DNA from: an uncultured Acidimicrobiia bacterium | GTDB lineage: Bacteria > Acidobacteriota > Terriglobia > Versatilivoradales > Versatilivoraceae | Reading direction: 5' to 3' | Length of the DNA stretch: 64,000 nucleotides | Assembly (NCBI GenBank): GCA_963786955.1 | Contig: CAWBAT010000006.1 | Location: 896,001-960,000, forward strand | Shown here: positions 48,972 through 59,032 of the stretch, piece by piece | Layout of the letters: each line of letters starts with the position of its first letter | Numbering within the stretch: position 1 is the stretch's first letter | The notes under the pieces: generated by a model | Database searches by the model: none | What the model saw: only the letters and a program-made list of their open reading frames with translations | What the model was told of the DNA's origin: nothing | Translations under genes and position numbers: made by a program

Positions 48972-49961
48972 ATGCATTGTCTCATACTTTTGTTTTTGAT
49001 GGTTTGTCCGGCTTTTCCGCAAGAGTTGAATAAACAGTCAGAAACGGAGTCGGCTCTGCAAGACCAGAAGGATTATCACCTGGGCCCTGCCGATGTTTTG
49101 ACGATTAGTGTGGTTGGATTGAAGGAGTTTACTCAACCACTGCAACCTTGGTTAGAGATCGTCGTCAGCAACTCCGGAAAGATTCACGTTCCATTTGTTG
49201 GCATTCTTAACGTCAATGACATGACACCTTCTGAGCTCGAATCCGAAATTACCCGCAGGCTGCGAGAACGAGACCTGGTGAAACAGCCTCAGGTCACCGT
49301 CCGAGTAAAAGATTATCGTGGCCACACCATCTACATCATCGGGGAAGTCATGCAGCCGGGGCAGTACTACATGAGAGACGACATGTACATGCTGGATCTG
49401 ATCGGTTTGAGTTTAGGTATCCCCACAGACGGCGTCATGTATTTGTATCGGCGCAGCCCCACTCAGACAAAGACGAAGGAAAGTGAATCCGATACCCAAC
49501 CAGCAACGGGGGAAACCGCCGTAGCCGAAGCCATTAAAATAGACATTAAAGCGCTGGCGGAAGGAAATCGGCCGGACTTAAACTTTCGCCTCCAAGGCGG
49601 CGATGTTCTCTACGTTCCATTTAATCGGCCCAAGTACTTTTATGCCACTGGAGACGTGCAAAATCCGGGCTCTTTTGAAATTCCTCCCAGCCGTCAACTC
49701 CTGATCTCCCAAGCCATTTCTTTTGCAGGTGGACCCACCAAAACAGCCAAAATGAGCAAGGGGTTCCTCGTGCGATACGATCAAGCGGGTACTCGACAAG
49801 AGATGGCGGTCGATTTTGCAGCGATCCTCAAAGGCAAAGAACCGGATTTCCCGGTGATGCCGAATGACATTCTTTTCATTCCCGGAAGTAACGCGAAGGA
49901 ATTGGGCTATGGCCTTTTGAACATAATACCCACTATCGCAACCATGTCTCTCGTTTATTAG
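48972..49961 (+). CDS. wza: polysaccharide export protein (Poly_export + SLBB), tandem paralog
   Basis: DYHLGPADVL, SGKIHVPFVG, GEVMQPG; C-terminus close to that of the upstream paralog. Confidence 0.85.
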   Translation: MHCLILLFLMVCPAFPQELNKQSETESALQDQKDYHLGPADVLTISVVGLKEFTQPLQPWLEIVVSNSGKIHVPFVGILNVNDMTPSELESEITRRLRERDLVKQPQVTVRVKDYRGHTIYIIGEVMQPGQYYMRDDMYMLDLIGLSLGIPTDGVMYLYRRSPTQTKTKESESDTQPATGETAVAEAIKIDIKALAEGNRPDLNFRLQGGDVLYVPFNRPKYFYATGDVQNPGSFEIPPSRQLLISQAISFAGGPTKTAKMSKGFLVRYDQAGTRQEMAVDFAAILKGKEPDFPVMPNDILFIPGSNAKELGYGLLNIIPTIATMSLVY

Positions 49962-50139
49962 TGCTTGTTAGCAAACGAAATTATCTGCAGCGAATTTCCG
50001 ACAGTGCTGTTCTGAATGTCCTTCTACCTGAAGAGCAAATCGACCATTAGAAAAATGCGCGTAGGACTCTTCTCCCGCCGAGGAGATGCATATTCCCGAA
50101 CAGAGTAAGGAAATGATAGACAATTGAAAAAGGAGATCT

Positions 50140-50799
50140 ATGGATTTCATTGATGGATATCTTCGAGAGACTCAAAGAGTTCTGGCCGAGATGCCCAATG
50201 TAGCAATCATTCAGGTAGTTGGTCACCTGTTTGAAGCCTGGAAACACGGCAGGCAGGTCTTCATCTTCGGGAATGGTGGAAGTGCCTCCACGGCCTCTCA
50301 TATGGCGAATGATCTTTCCAAAGCAACGATCGTTTCGGGGAAGCAGCGAATGAGGGTCATCTCTCTGACCGACAACATTTCGATAATCACAGCCTGGGCT
50401 AATGACAGTTCTTATGAGTGGATCTTCAAGGAGCAATTGGAGAACCTCTTAGAAGGCGGGGATTTGGTCATTGGCATCAGCGCCAGCGGAAATTCTCCCA
50501 ACGTGCTTCGAGCCATGGAATTCGCCATGGATCAGGGTGCCGTTACCATTGGGTGGACAGGTCGCTCCGGTGGCCGCCTTAAAAACATGGTCGATCTTTG
50601 CGTCCATTCTCCCACCGATGACATGGGAATGATTGAGAGTACGCATTTGGTCCTCGACCATCTGGTTACAGGGGCGCTTCGAACATCTATTGAGACTGGG
50701 AAGATGATCCGGGGCCTCCCTGAAGCAGTCAGCAAGCGGGGTAACGGCAACGGTCATCGCCATATAGCCCTTTCGCTGGCTGCTCGTCGAGGAGGCTAA
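50140..50799 (+). CDS. gmhA: sedoheptulose-7-phosphate isomerase (SIS domain)
   Basis: FGNGGSASTASH, TAWAND, ISASGNSPNV, E..HL. Confidence 0.9.
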   Translation: MDFIDGYLRETQRVLAEMPNVAIIQVVGHLFEAWKHGRQVFIFGNGGSASTASHMANDLSKATIVSGKQRMRVISLTDNISIITAWANDSSYEWIFKEQLENLLEGGDLVIGISASGNSPNVLRAMEFAMDQGAVTIGWTGRSGGRLKNMVDLCVHSPTDDMGMIESTHLVLDHLVTGALRTSIETGKMIRGLPEAVSKRGNGNGHRHIALSLAARRGG

Positions 50800-50859
50800 A
50801 AGCTGTGTTGTTCTGCCGCTTTTGCTCTGTCTTAACTCCTTTCTAAACGGAAAAGGATC

Positions 50860-51606
50860 ATGAAGGCTTTCTTGTTGGCTGCTGGTTTGGGATCGCGGCT
50901 GCGTCCCATCACAGACCGGATCCCGAAGTGCCTCGTTCCCATTGGCGGTCAACCACTCCTCCAAGTTTGGCTGGGGCTTCTGGCAAAGCACGGTGTCCGG
51001 GAAGTTTTAATCAATACCCACCATCTTGCTGAACAAGTGCATGTGTTCGCATCAGGCTGGTTTGGTAATCCCAAGGTGCGCCTCTCTCACGAGGAGGTGC
51101 TTCTCGGGAGTGCGGGAACCCTGGCGAGAAACTGGGATTTCATTGCCGAAGAGGAGAGTTTCCTGGTGTGCTATGCCGACAACCTTACGAACATGAATCT
51201 CACTGAACTGGTCCAATTTCATCAAAAACATCGAGGATTAATTTCGTTGGCCTTGTTTCCCTCGACTAGGCCCCAGGAATGTGGAGTGGCAGAGATGGAC
51301 AGAAGTGCTCTGATCACCAGTTTCGAGGAAAAACCAACTGCTCCGAAATCATCGCTTGCCAACGCGGGCGTCTATGTGATGCGAGCGGGAGTCCGCTCTC
51401 ATTTGCCACTCTCGAAACCTGCAGACATTGGTTTTGACTTACTGCCGCGGTGTTTGGGTCAGATGTACGGTTGGCTGTGGCCGGGCTTGCTTATCGACAT
51501 TGGGAATCCCCGAGCCTATGCGCGCGCTCAGGAATTGTGGCCTGGGAAACAAATCACTTCAGGGCTGCCAAATGGCTGCTCAACGGGGTTGTGCTTCTTT
51601 GATTGA
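50860..51606 (+). CDS. hddC: nucleotidyltransferase, heptose/mannose-1-phosphate guanylyltransferase-like
   Basis: LLAAGLGSRLRPITD.IPKCLV, LLGSAGT, FEEKP, NAGVY, DIG; adjacent to gmhA. Confidence 0.8.
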   Translation: MKAFLLAAGLGSRLRPITDRIPKCLVPIGGQPLLQVWLGLLAKHGVREVLINTHHLAEQVHVFASGWFGNPKVRLSHEEVLLGSAGTLARNWDFIAEEESFLVCYADNLTNMNLTELVQFHQKHRGLISLALFPSTRPQECGVAEMDRSALITSFEEKPTAPKSSLANAGVYVMRAGVRSHLPLSKPADIGFDLLPRCLGQMYGWLWPGLLIDIGNPRAYARAQELWPGKQITSGLPNGCSTGLCFFD

Positions 51607-51735
51607 CTTGGGCTCCAGTAAGAAAAGAGCCCAGGGCTCTAGAGTCTGCTTCTCAACCAGGGACCACAACAAAAGCTTGAATTCAGGTACTGGGAACAAT
51701 ACTGGGTGCCACAAACACGAATACGAGTTTGATCA

Positions 51736-53037
51736 ATGAAAACTGTCATCCAGTTCGAATGCGTATCCAAACGATATATGCTTGGCCTAACTCGCACCAG
51801 CCTGCCTGCATTCATATCCGGGAGGCTTCGGGAGTCGTTTAAGCGGGCTCCGCAGACGTCTTCTGATCAGCAGGATCTCTGGGCGCTGAGAGATGTAAGT
51901 TTCGATTTGGAACCCGGTCAATCTCTAGCACTCGTTGGAGCCAATGGAGCTGGCAAGACAACCGTCCTCAAACTGCTGGCAAACATCACCAAACCGACTT
52001 CAGGGTGTTTGACGGCCCATGGAAAACTTTCAGCGCTTATTGAACTGGGTGCTGGTTTCCACCCGGACCTAACAGGTCGGGAGAACATTTTCCTGAATGG
52101 TGTGATCCTGGGACTCAGCCGAAAGGAAATTGAGAATCACTTTGACGACATTGTGGCTTTCTCTGAACTTGAGCGCTTCATTGATACGCCGGTGAAGCGA
52201 TACTCATCGGGCATGATCGTCAGGTTAGGTTTTGCGGTCGCTACGTGTATTGAACCTGAAATCTTGCTCATCGATGAGGTCCTGGCGGTTGGGGATGCGT
52301 CGTTTCAACAGAAATGCCTGGGGCGGATTCGCTCATTGGTCAACAACGGTACCAGCATCATTTTCGTGTCACATAATTTTTACCTGGTCCAAGCCGTTTG
52401 TAGTAACGCTCTATATTTGCAAAAAGGAGAGGTGAAGCATTTCGGGACCACCAAAGATGTGATTGATGCCTATGAGCGGGACCTTCATCTTGAGCGAGCC
52501 CGAAGGTTCAAGCCGAGACCTTCGGAAATGACTGAGGAAGACGTTGGCATCGAACCCACTCAGGTTGAGGTGCTGAACGGGGATGGATCAACAGCAGAGA
52601 TTCTTGCCAGTGACCAGCCAGCTCAAATTCGAATCCATTACAATGCCTACAGATCACTTGGTAAAGCTCAAGCCTCAGCCTTTATCATACGCTCAGACGG
52701 TTTAACTTGTTGCATGATGCGGACCAAACTCGATGATTTCGATCTGGTTATCGAGCATGGACACGGTGTGATCACCTTGCATTTGGAACCGCTGCAGCTT
52801 GTCAGTGGGAGTTACTTTGCTGAGGTCTGGTTCCTGAATGAAAGCGATTCCATGGGTCTCATGTCAAAGGCAGGCAGATCAGACTGGTTTTCCGTGAAAG
52901 GGTCTGCCTTGAGCTATGAGGATAGCGTTGGCATCTTTGAGCCCAAGACTCGGTGGAGTCATGATGGCAATGGGCAAATAGGCAACACGGGTGACTTTGT
53001 CAAAGTAACCATGGATTCTTTGACTCGGATTGGCTGA
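51736..53037 (+). CDS. wzt: polysaccharide ABC transporter ATPase with C-terminal binding domain
   Basis: GANGAGKTT, GFHPDLTGRENI, YSSGM..RLGFAVA, IDEVLAVGD, Wzt-C extension. Confidence 0.95.
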   Translation: MKTVIQFECVSKRYMLGLTRTSLPAFISGRLRESFKRAPQTSSDQQDLWALRDVSFDLEPGQSLALVGANGAGKTTVLKLLANITKPTSGCLTAHGKLSALIELGAGFHPDLTGRENIFLNGVILGLSRKEIENHFDDIVAFSELERFIDTPVKRYSSGMIVRLGFAVATCIEPEILLIDEVLAVGDASFQQKCLGRIRSLVNNGTSIIFVSHNFYLVQAVCSNALYLQKGEVKHFGTTKDVIDAYERDLHLERARRFKPRPSEMTEEDVGIEPTQVEVLNGDGSTAEILASDQPAQIRIHYNAYRSLGKAQASAFIIRSDGLTCCMMRTKLDDFDLVIEHGHGVITLHLEPLQLVSGSYFAEVWFLNESDSMGLMSKAGRSDWFSVKGSALSYEDSVGIFEPKTRWSHDGNGQIGNTGDFVKVTMDSLTRIG

Positions 53038-53135
53038 ACCGAAGAGTAGAGTAATCCGATGAAGTCTGAGACCGAGATTCTGCGAGAAGATTTGAAGATC
53101 AGATTGAAGAAATAATTCTACTGACACCAGATCAA

Positions 53136-53927
53136 ATGCTCCTCGAGATATTCGCATTCCGGAAGATCTTTCAATCCCGAGACCTGCTCTGGGAATGGAC
53201 TTCCCGAAACATTCGGGCCCGCTACCAGCAATCAGCCCTGGGCTGGCTCTGGGCGGTCATTCAGCCGGTTGCCCAGGTAGCCATCTTCACCATTATCTTT
53301 ACGCGGCTCGTGCCAATCAACACGGGTCATATTCCTTATCTGCTCTTTTCTTATGTGGCCATTGTTCCGTGGACACTCCTGGCTATGGCTCTGCCGGATA
53401 TGGCTAATGCTCTGGTTGATAACATGACCCTGATCACGAAGATTTACTTTCCTCGTGAAGCCCTCCCGATTGCAGCCTTACTGGCTCGATTAATGGATTT
53501 TGGGGTTGCGGCCATCCTGATTGTTATTCTGCTGCTGGTTTATAGAGTCCCGGCTTTTCCTCTCGGCTGGCTGTATCTTCCACTAATCCTGGCCATTGAA
53601 CTCGTTCTGATCCTGGGATTGGGATTGGCCTGCGCCGCTCTCAACGTCTTTTTCCGCGATGTTCGATCCTTACTGGTCCTCGGCTTACAGGTGGGGTTCT
53701 ACGCTTCACCGATTATCTACCCGGTTTCGCTGGTGCCAGCATGGCTTCGCCCGATCTATTTCCTGAATCCGATGGCTGGGGTAACTGCGGCCTTCCGCGA
53801 TGTCTTGCTGGAGGGCCAGTTGCCTGGACCTTACCTTGCGCAGGCTGCCCTGGTTGCCCTGCTTGTCTTCCTGGCCGGGTACTGGTTCTTCAAACGGGTC
53901 GAATTCCAAATTGCGGATATCGTGTGA
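53136..53927 (+). CDS. wzm: polysaccharide ABC transporter permease
   Basis: RYQQSALGWLWA, KIYFPRE, FFRDV, YASPIIYP, LNPM. Confidence 0.95.
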   Translation: MLLEIFAFRKIFQSRDLLWEWTSRNIRARYQQSALGWLWAVIQPVAQVAIFTIIFTRLVPINTGHIPYLLFSYVAIVPWTLLAMALPDMANALVDNMTLITKIYFPREALPIAALLARLMDFGVAAILIVILLLVYRVPAFPLGWLYLPLILAIELVLILGLGLACAALNVFFRDVRSLLVLGLQVGFYASPIIYPVSLVPAWLRPIYFLNPMAGVTAAFRDVLLEGQLPGPYLAQAALVALLVFLAGYWFFKRVEFQIADIV

Positions 53928-53941
53928 AGAACGAGGGGCCG

Positions 53942-55360
53942 ATGAACTCTCCGAAAGTCAGCGTCGTCATTCCAGCCTACAACGGTGCCGAATTTCTGGG
54001 GGAAGCTATCCGAAGTGTTCTCGGGCAGACTTACCCAAACTTCGAGATTATTGTCGTTGATGATGCTTCACCTGACAATTCTGCCGAGATCGTCCGGGGG
54101 TTCGATGATCAGCGACTCATATACTTAGCCCACAAAGTAAACCGGGGTGCAGTCGCAGCCAGAGAGACAGGTGTCCGGATCTCTACCGGTGAAATCATAG
54201 CATTCCTCGACCAGGATGACTTGTTTCACCGGGCAAAGCTTGAAACTCATGTCGCATTCTTGGCTAAGCACCCCGAGGTCGGCCTAACGTACAACTCTCG
54301 GTTCGAGGTGCGGGATTCATCGAATACGATTTGTGGACTGTGGAGACCCGCACCGACCCTGTCTCTGGCGGATCTGGTTGTTGGCTTCCCCATTTCCCCA
54401 AGCGACACAGTCATCAGGCGTAGTTGGGCCTCAGGTGACCACATTTGGGATGACAGCTTCGCCTTTGAGGGCGAAGAGGTCATTTTCAACGGCCACGAGA
54501 TTGTTTTTGGGGGGCGCTTGGCGCTTGCCGGCTGTCAGTTCGCTCATGTTGGGCGGGCACTTAACTATCGACGTTTTCACACAGACCGGAAGCTCACAAA
54601 AATCAAAGGTCGCTGCAGAGCTGAACTCGCCTGCCAGCAACTAATCTTCTCTGACCCTCGCTGTCCTGCTGAGGTTCTGGCGCTTCGTAACATCGCGTTC
54701 GCAAATCTCCATTTGATATGGGCATTCGAAGCGTTCTTTCAAGGTGAAACTCCTTTAGGGCAAGAATTGCTCCGGAATGCTGTTCAATTGAAACCATCCC
54801 TTCTGGAGAGTAAGCCTTGTGAGCTAGTCAACGCATTAACTGTGACATGTTCCTCGTTCCAGAGAGACGGTTTCGAAGGTCTACTGCAAAAGGTCCTCGC
54901 AAACCTCCCCCCTGAACTGGCTCAACTCGCGGAGCAGCATGATTGGGCCATCGCCCGCGGGTACCTGCTGAAAGCAACTCAGGCGACGATGTGGGACCGC
55001 GCGGAGGACGCCAGGACCTGTTTCGATCGTGCATCCGACTTGGGAGCCCAAATCGATGAGTCCTTCGTACAATCGCTGACCGCGCAGTTGATGGACCATG
55101 AGGCAGAGTTCGGCATTCAACGCTCCAGGGCTGTGATTCAAGCACTGATTCCAAATCTGAAGAGGTTTGGAGCGCGACGCGCCCTACGCAAGTTCAACGC
55201 ATGTTATTGGATCAACCAGGCATTTCAGAATAGCCGCATGGGCAATCACCACGCAGTCACAAGGAACGTTCTTCGGGGACTTTCTAACGACCTCAGCTAC
55301 CTGGCCAATCGGGGGGTTCTCGCCATCTTGTTTCGCTCGCTTTATCGGAGGTGCAAATGA
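53942..55360 (+). CDS. glycosyltransferase family 2 with helical C-terminal extension
   Basis: VSVVIPAYN, VVDDAS, IAFLDQDD; start MNSPK at 53942 with GAGGGG RBS. Confidence 0.9.
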   Translation: MNSPKVSVVIPAYNGAEFLGEAIRSVLGQTYPNFEIIVVDDASPDNSAEIVRGFDDQRLIYLAHKVNRGAVAARETGVRISTGEIIAFLDQDDLFHRAKLETHVAFLAKHPEVGLTYNSRFEVRDSSNTICGLWRPAPTLSLADLVVGFPISPSDTVIRRSWASGDHIWDDSFAFEGEEVIFNGHEIVFGGRLALAGCQFAHVGRALNYRRFHTDRKLTKIKGRCRAELACQQLIFSDPRCPAEVLALRNIAFANLHLIWAFEAFFQGETPLGQELLRNAVQLKPSLLESKPCELVNALTVTCSSFQRDGFEGLLQKVLANLPPELAQLAEQHDWAIARGYLLKATQATMWDRAEDARTCFDRASDLGAQIDESFVQSLTAQLMDHEAEFGIQRSRAVIQALIPNLKRFGARRALRKFNACYWINQAFQNSRMGNHHAVTRNVLRGLSNDLSYLANRGVLAILFRSLYRRCK

Positions 55361-56163
55361 CGACGGCTGCACAACGAAGTTTGGCTGGTTATGCTGACCA
55401 ACAGGTTAGCTATCAAGATCTGGAAATTTCCCCAGATGATGCCCGTTGCCAGTATCTCGATTGGGATTCCAGTTTCTTTGGATATCGGATCGCGCGCGTG
55501 GCTGCAAGCCGGCTCGACGTGAGATCCGCCAAGGAGATTCTCGAGTGGTGCGCTGGCTGCAAGATTGACTGCCTTTATTTTCTGGCAGATGCCGATGATG
55601 ACGCCACAGTTCGATTGGCGGAGGAGCACAAGTTTCACCTGGTCGATATCCGCGCCACTTTCGAAAAGCGGCTGGATGGCAGTCTGTGCGAGCGCGATCA
55701 GTGCTGCTCTGCCCTCGTTCGAGCGCACACCACTTCGGACATTCCCGCGCTGAAACACATTGCACGTGTCAGTTACCACCACACTCGCTTCCATTACGAC
55801 GTTCATTTCCCTCCCGAGCGGGCCGACGCGATGTATGAAACGTGGATCGAAAAAAGTTGCAACGAATATGCCGAAACCGTGCTGGTAGCCGATGTTGAGG
55901 GGAAACCTGCCGGTTATGTTTCGTGCCATCTCCTGGAGAAATCCATGGGACAGATTGGGTTGATTGGAGTCAGTCCGGACTGCAAGGGAGCAGGTCTGGG
56001 CCAAACACTGGTCAATGAATCGCTGCGCTGGTTCGCCGGCAGAGGCGTGAACCGCGTCCGTGTTATCACTCAGGGCAGGAACCCCCAAGCTCAGCGCCTC
56101 TATGAGAGAAGTGGCTTCGTGACGGAGGCCCTTCATCTCTGGTATCACCGCTGGTTTCTGTAG
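55357..56163 (+). CDS. rffC: GNAT acetyltransferase, dTDP-fucosamine acetyltransferase-like
   Basis: LDWDSSFFG, TRF..D..F, VITQGRN..AQRLYERSGF, WYHRW; rffA in the same locus. Confidence 0.85.
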   Translation: MTTAAQRSLAGYADQQVSYQDLEISPDDARCQYLDWDSSFFGYRIARVAASRLDVRSAKEILEWCAGCKIDCLYFLADADDDATVRLAEEHKFHLVDIRATFEKRLDGSLCERDQCCSALVRAHTTSDIPALKHIARVSYHHTRFHYDVHFPPERADAMYETWIEKSCNEYAETVLVADVEGKPAGYVSCHLLEKSMGQIGLIGVSPDCKGAGLGQTLVNESLRWFAGRGVNRVRVITQGRNPQAQRLYERSGFVTEALHLWYHRWFL

Positions 56164-56233
56164 CAGGCCAACGACTTCAAGACCCATTCCCGATGCCCGA
56201 TTTCAACCCCTGCAGGAAGAGCGAGGTCCGACG

Positions 56234-57568
56234 ATGAGAATTTGCATGGTCTTCTATGACATGCAGGATTTTGGTGGGTTAGAGGAGTACGCAGTTTCCC
56301 TGGCAATTGGTCTGCAGAAACAGGGGCACCAGGTTAGCGCGCTCTCTGCTGCCTGGGTGCCAACAGACAATCAGTATTTGCGCCGATTCCGCGAACATCG
56401 GGTGCCGCTGGCGCAACCTCCACCTTGGCTTTCCCATCCTGCCTCGCACTGGCCCACCAAAGAAAAGACACTGGCGTCGGTCATGTGGCTATTGGGCCCG
56501 ATGGTCTTCTTGCTGGGTACGGGTCTTTACTTGCGGAGGACCAATTCCTGGAGAAAGTGCTTGAGCAGCGCTCAGGGTTGGCTGCGGAGGCAGATGATGA
56601 CCCGGGTCATCGGGCCGGATCGGCGCAGGCTTCTGGCTCGCTTCCTTTTGAGCTGGTGGCGGATGCGCTGGCGTCCGAATCTTTTGCATATCCACGGTTA
56701 TACCACCAACCTCTTGTTTGCCATCGATTGGGCACATGCCAGAGGAGTTCCCGTTGTCTACGAAGAGCACCAAACTCCGGATGCGCAGTTTAATTGGTGG
56801 AAAGACTTTCAAAAGAGCATTAACAAGGCAAGCATGGTCGTGGCGGTCTCAGAAGAGAGCGCGAAGGCCCTAAGAGCTGTGTGTGGTGTCACCCAGCCGA
56901 TCGCTATAATTGGCCCGATCGTCTCGGATCCAATCCAGCCAGGCGGATACAATAATGGCAGAAGCAGAAACCATTCTGGACCTTTGCACGTTACCACGCT
57001 GGCTCGCCTCTACGTGACCAAAGGGCTCACCTTTTTGCTCGAGGCGATGGCACAGGTTCTGGTGACCCATCCGGCCACCCAGTTCCGGGTCTACGGAGAA
57101 GGGTCGCTGCGCGAGGAGCTACTAGCGTATTCCCACAAGCTTGGACTGGATGGAGACGCCATCTTTGTGGGCGCCTTCACGGAAAGAGCAGCATTGTCGA
57201 AGATCATGGCGCAGACCGACCTCTTCGTGATGTCTTCCGTACTCGAAGGACAGCCTCTTGCTTTGGTGGAGGCCATGGCTTATGGATGTCCGATCGTGGC
57301 CACCCGCGTGGGTGGAATTGCTGAGCTGATAAGCGACGGCATCAACGGGCTATTGTGTGAACCATGCAACTCTGCCTGTTTGGCTCAACAGATCAAAACC
57401 CTGATTGAGGATCCCGTTCAACGGCAGCAGTTGGGCAGGGCTGCGCGTCGCTCTTACGAGCAGGGGCCCTATCAGCCGGTATCCGTTTGCGATCGTTTCA
57501 TATCACTCTACAATGAAGTACTCCTGTCGCATCAGCTCAAGCCTGTAAGCCCGATAGCTGACAACTAG
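56234..57568 (+). CDS. glycosyltransferase family 4
   Basis: GGLE, RL..TKG, SSVLEGQPLALVEAMAYG. Confidence 0.9.
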   Translation: MRICMVFYDMQDFGGLEEYAVSLAIGLQKQGHQVSALSAAWVPTDNQYLRRFREHRVPLAQPPPWLSHPASHWPTKEKTLASVMWLLGPMVFLLGTGLYLRRTNSWRKCLSSAQGWLRRQMMTRVIGPDRRRLLARFLLSWWRMRWRPNLLHIHGYTTNLLFAIDWAHARGVPVVYEEHQTPDAQFNWWKDFQKSINKASMVVAVSEESAKALRAVCGVTQPIAIIGPIVSDPIQPGGYNNGRSRNHSGPLHVTTLARLYVTKGLTFLLEAMAQVLVTHPATQFRVYGEGSLREELLAYSHKLGLDGDAIFVGAFTERAALSKIMAQTDLFVMSSVLEGQPLALVEAMAYGCPIVATRVGGIAELISDGINGLLCEPCNSACLAQQIKTLIEDPVQRQQLGRAARRSYEQGPYQPVSVCDRFISLYNEVLLSHQLKPVSPIADN

Positions 57569-57682
57569 AACGTACATCCTCCCCCTTTTCGGCGGGCTTA
57601 CTTCCTGCTTCCCAGAGAACGAGAATGTTTTGCGATTGGATTGTTCGGACGGCTCAAATGAGTCGGAACGATAAGGTTACAC

Positions 57683-59032
57683 ATGAGCGCCATCGTCGAG
57701 AAAGATCGTTGCTGCACACAAGCGAGATCCGACATTAATAGATTGTCTTGCGGCCCTTGGCGCATTGCTATCGGGGTGCCCGATTGGCAGCCGCTATTCG
57801 ATGTAATGAATGGCAAGCCCGCGAACGCGACCTATGTCCTTCAAAGGTATGTAGCCGACGGACTGAAGGCAAGAGGCCACAGCCTGACACTTATGGCCCC
57901 GCGTGACCTTGAACAGATGGTATGTACAACAGACCCGCAGACACCCAGCGCCGCCGCTCAAACCTGGTCGCGAAGTCGTTGGTTTGACTTTGTCAGCAGA
58001 GGCACCTGGCACTTGCAGCAATGGCTGGGCGTTCCCTATCTCAACGTGTTTTCAAACTACCGTCGTTTGGACGCATGTCTGCAGTCCCTGCCTGGACACG
58101 ACGTGGTTTATGAACGTCATGGCCTCTACAGGTCAGGTGTGGCGATGGCATGTAGGCGGCTCAAGCTTCCTTACATGATATTTTTTGAGGCTGACGAGAT
58201 CCTAGAATTTGACTTCATGGGTAAACCGATCACCGGATTACTGCGCAAGCGGGCGATTCAGGTGATGCATTACAACCTGAGAACAGCAACACGAATCATC
58301 TGCGTTTCTGAGGCCTTGAAGCATCATTTAGTCGTCAGGTGGAGAGTGGCCGCCGAAAAGATTCTCGTGTTTCCGAATGGTGTTGATGTTCAGCGGTTCC
58401 GGCCCGACAAATCAGCCAACTTCAAAGTTCGAAGCACGCTGAGGTTGGAGACTAACCCGCTAATTATCTTCGTGGGTAATTTTTACGCCTGGCACGATGT
58501 CTCGACGCTGCTAGAAGCGTTTTCCCGGTTGATAAACGTGAAACCTGAAGTGCGCTTGCTCCTCGTGGGAGATGGAGACCTGCGCCAGGCAATGGTGCAG
58601 CGTACGATCGACCTCGGCATACAGTCGTCAGTGCGATTCACTGGCTTGCTGGCTCATGCCGAGGTGCCCGAACTGATGGCCGCTGCCGATGTGGCCGTCG
58701 TGCCATACCCGGTCATGAAGCACGATCTATGGCTGTCTCCGCTAAAGCTCTTCGAGTATATGGCTTCGGGTACGGCCGTCGTCGCGTCGCGAGTGGGGCA
58801 GCTCAAAGATGTCATTCAAGACAATCACAACGGCCTGCTAGTCCCGCCGGGAAATGCTTCGGCGATGGCAGCGGCCCTGAAAAGACTGATTGATGATCCG
58901 ACTCTGCGTTTACGGTTGGGGCAACAAGCCAGAAAAGATGCGGTGCGAAAACATTCGTGGGACGAGTACCTTTCCCGCTTGGAAAAGGTCTTCGGCGCGG
59001 TCATCGCTGGTGAGGCGGTCATCCAGATCTGA
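57683..59032 (+). CDS. glycosyltransferase family 4
   Basis: PNGVD, FVGNF..WH, SPLKLFEYMASG. Confidence 0.9.
   Translation: MSAIVEKDRCCTQARSDINRLSCGPWRIAIGVPDWQPLFDVMNGKPANATYVLQRYVADGLKARGHSLTLMAPRDLEQMVCTTDPQTPSAAAQTWSRSRWFDFVSRGTWHLQQWLGVPYLNVFSNYRRLDACLQSLPGHDVVYERHGLYRSGVAMACRRLKLPYMIFFEADEILEFDFMGKPITGLLRKRAIQVMHYNLRTATRIICVSEALKHHLVVRWRVAAEKILVFPNGVDVQRFRPDKSANFKVRSTLRLETNPLIIFVGNFYAWHDVSTLLEAFSRLINVKPEVRLLLVGDGDLRQAMVQRTIDLGIQSSVRFTGLLAHAEVPELMAAADVAVVPYPVMKHDLWLSPLKLFEYMASGTAVVASRVGQLKDVIQDNHNGLLVPPGNASAMAAALKRLIDDPTLRLRLGQQARKDAVRKHSWDEYLSRLEKVFGAVIAGEAVIQI

Noticed and set aside
55342-56187. Long antisense ORFs (281 aa here; also 19619-20422 and 45492-46163)
   Set aside because: They are shadows of better-supported genes on the opposite strand and carry no motifs
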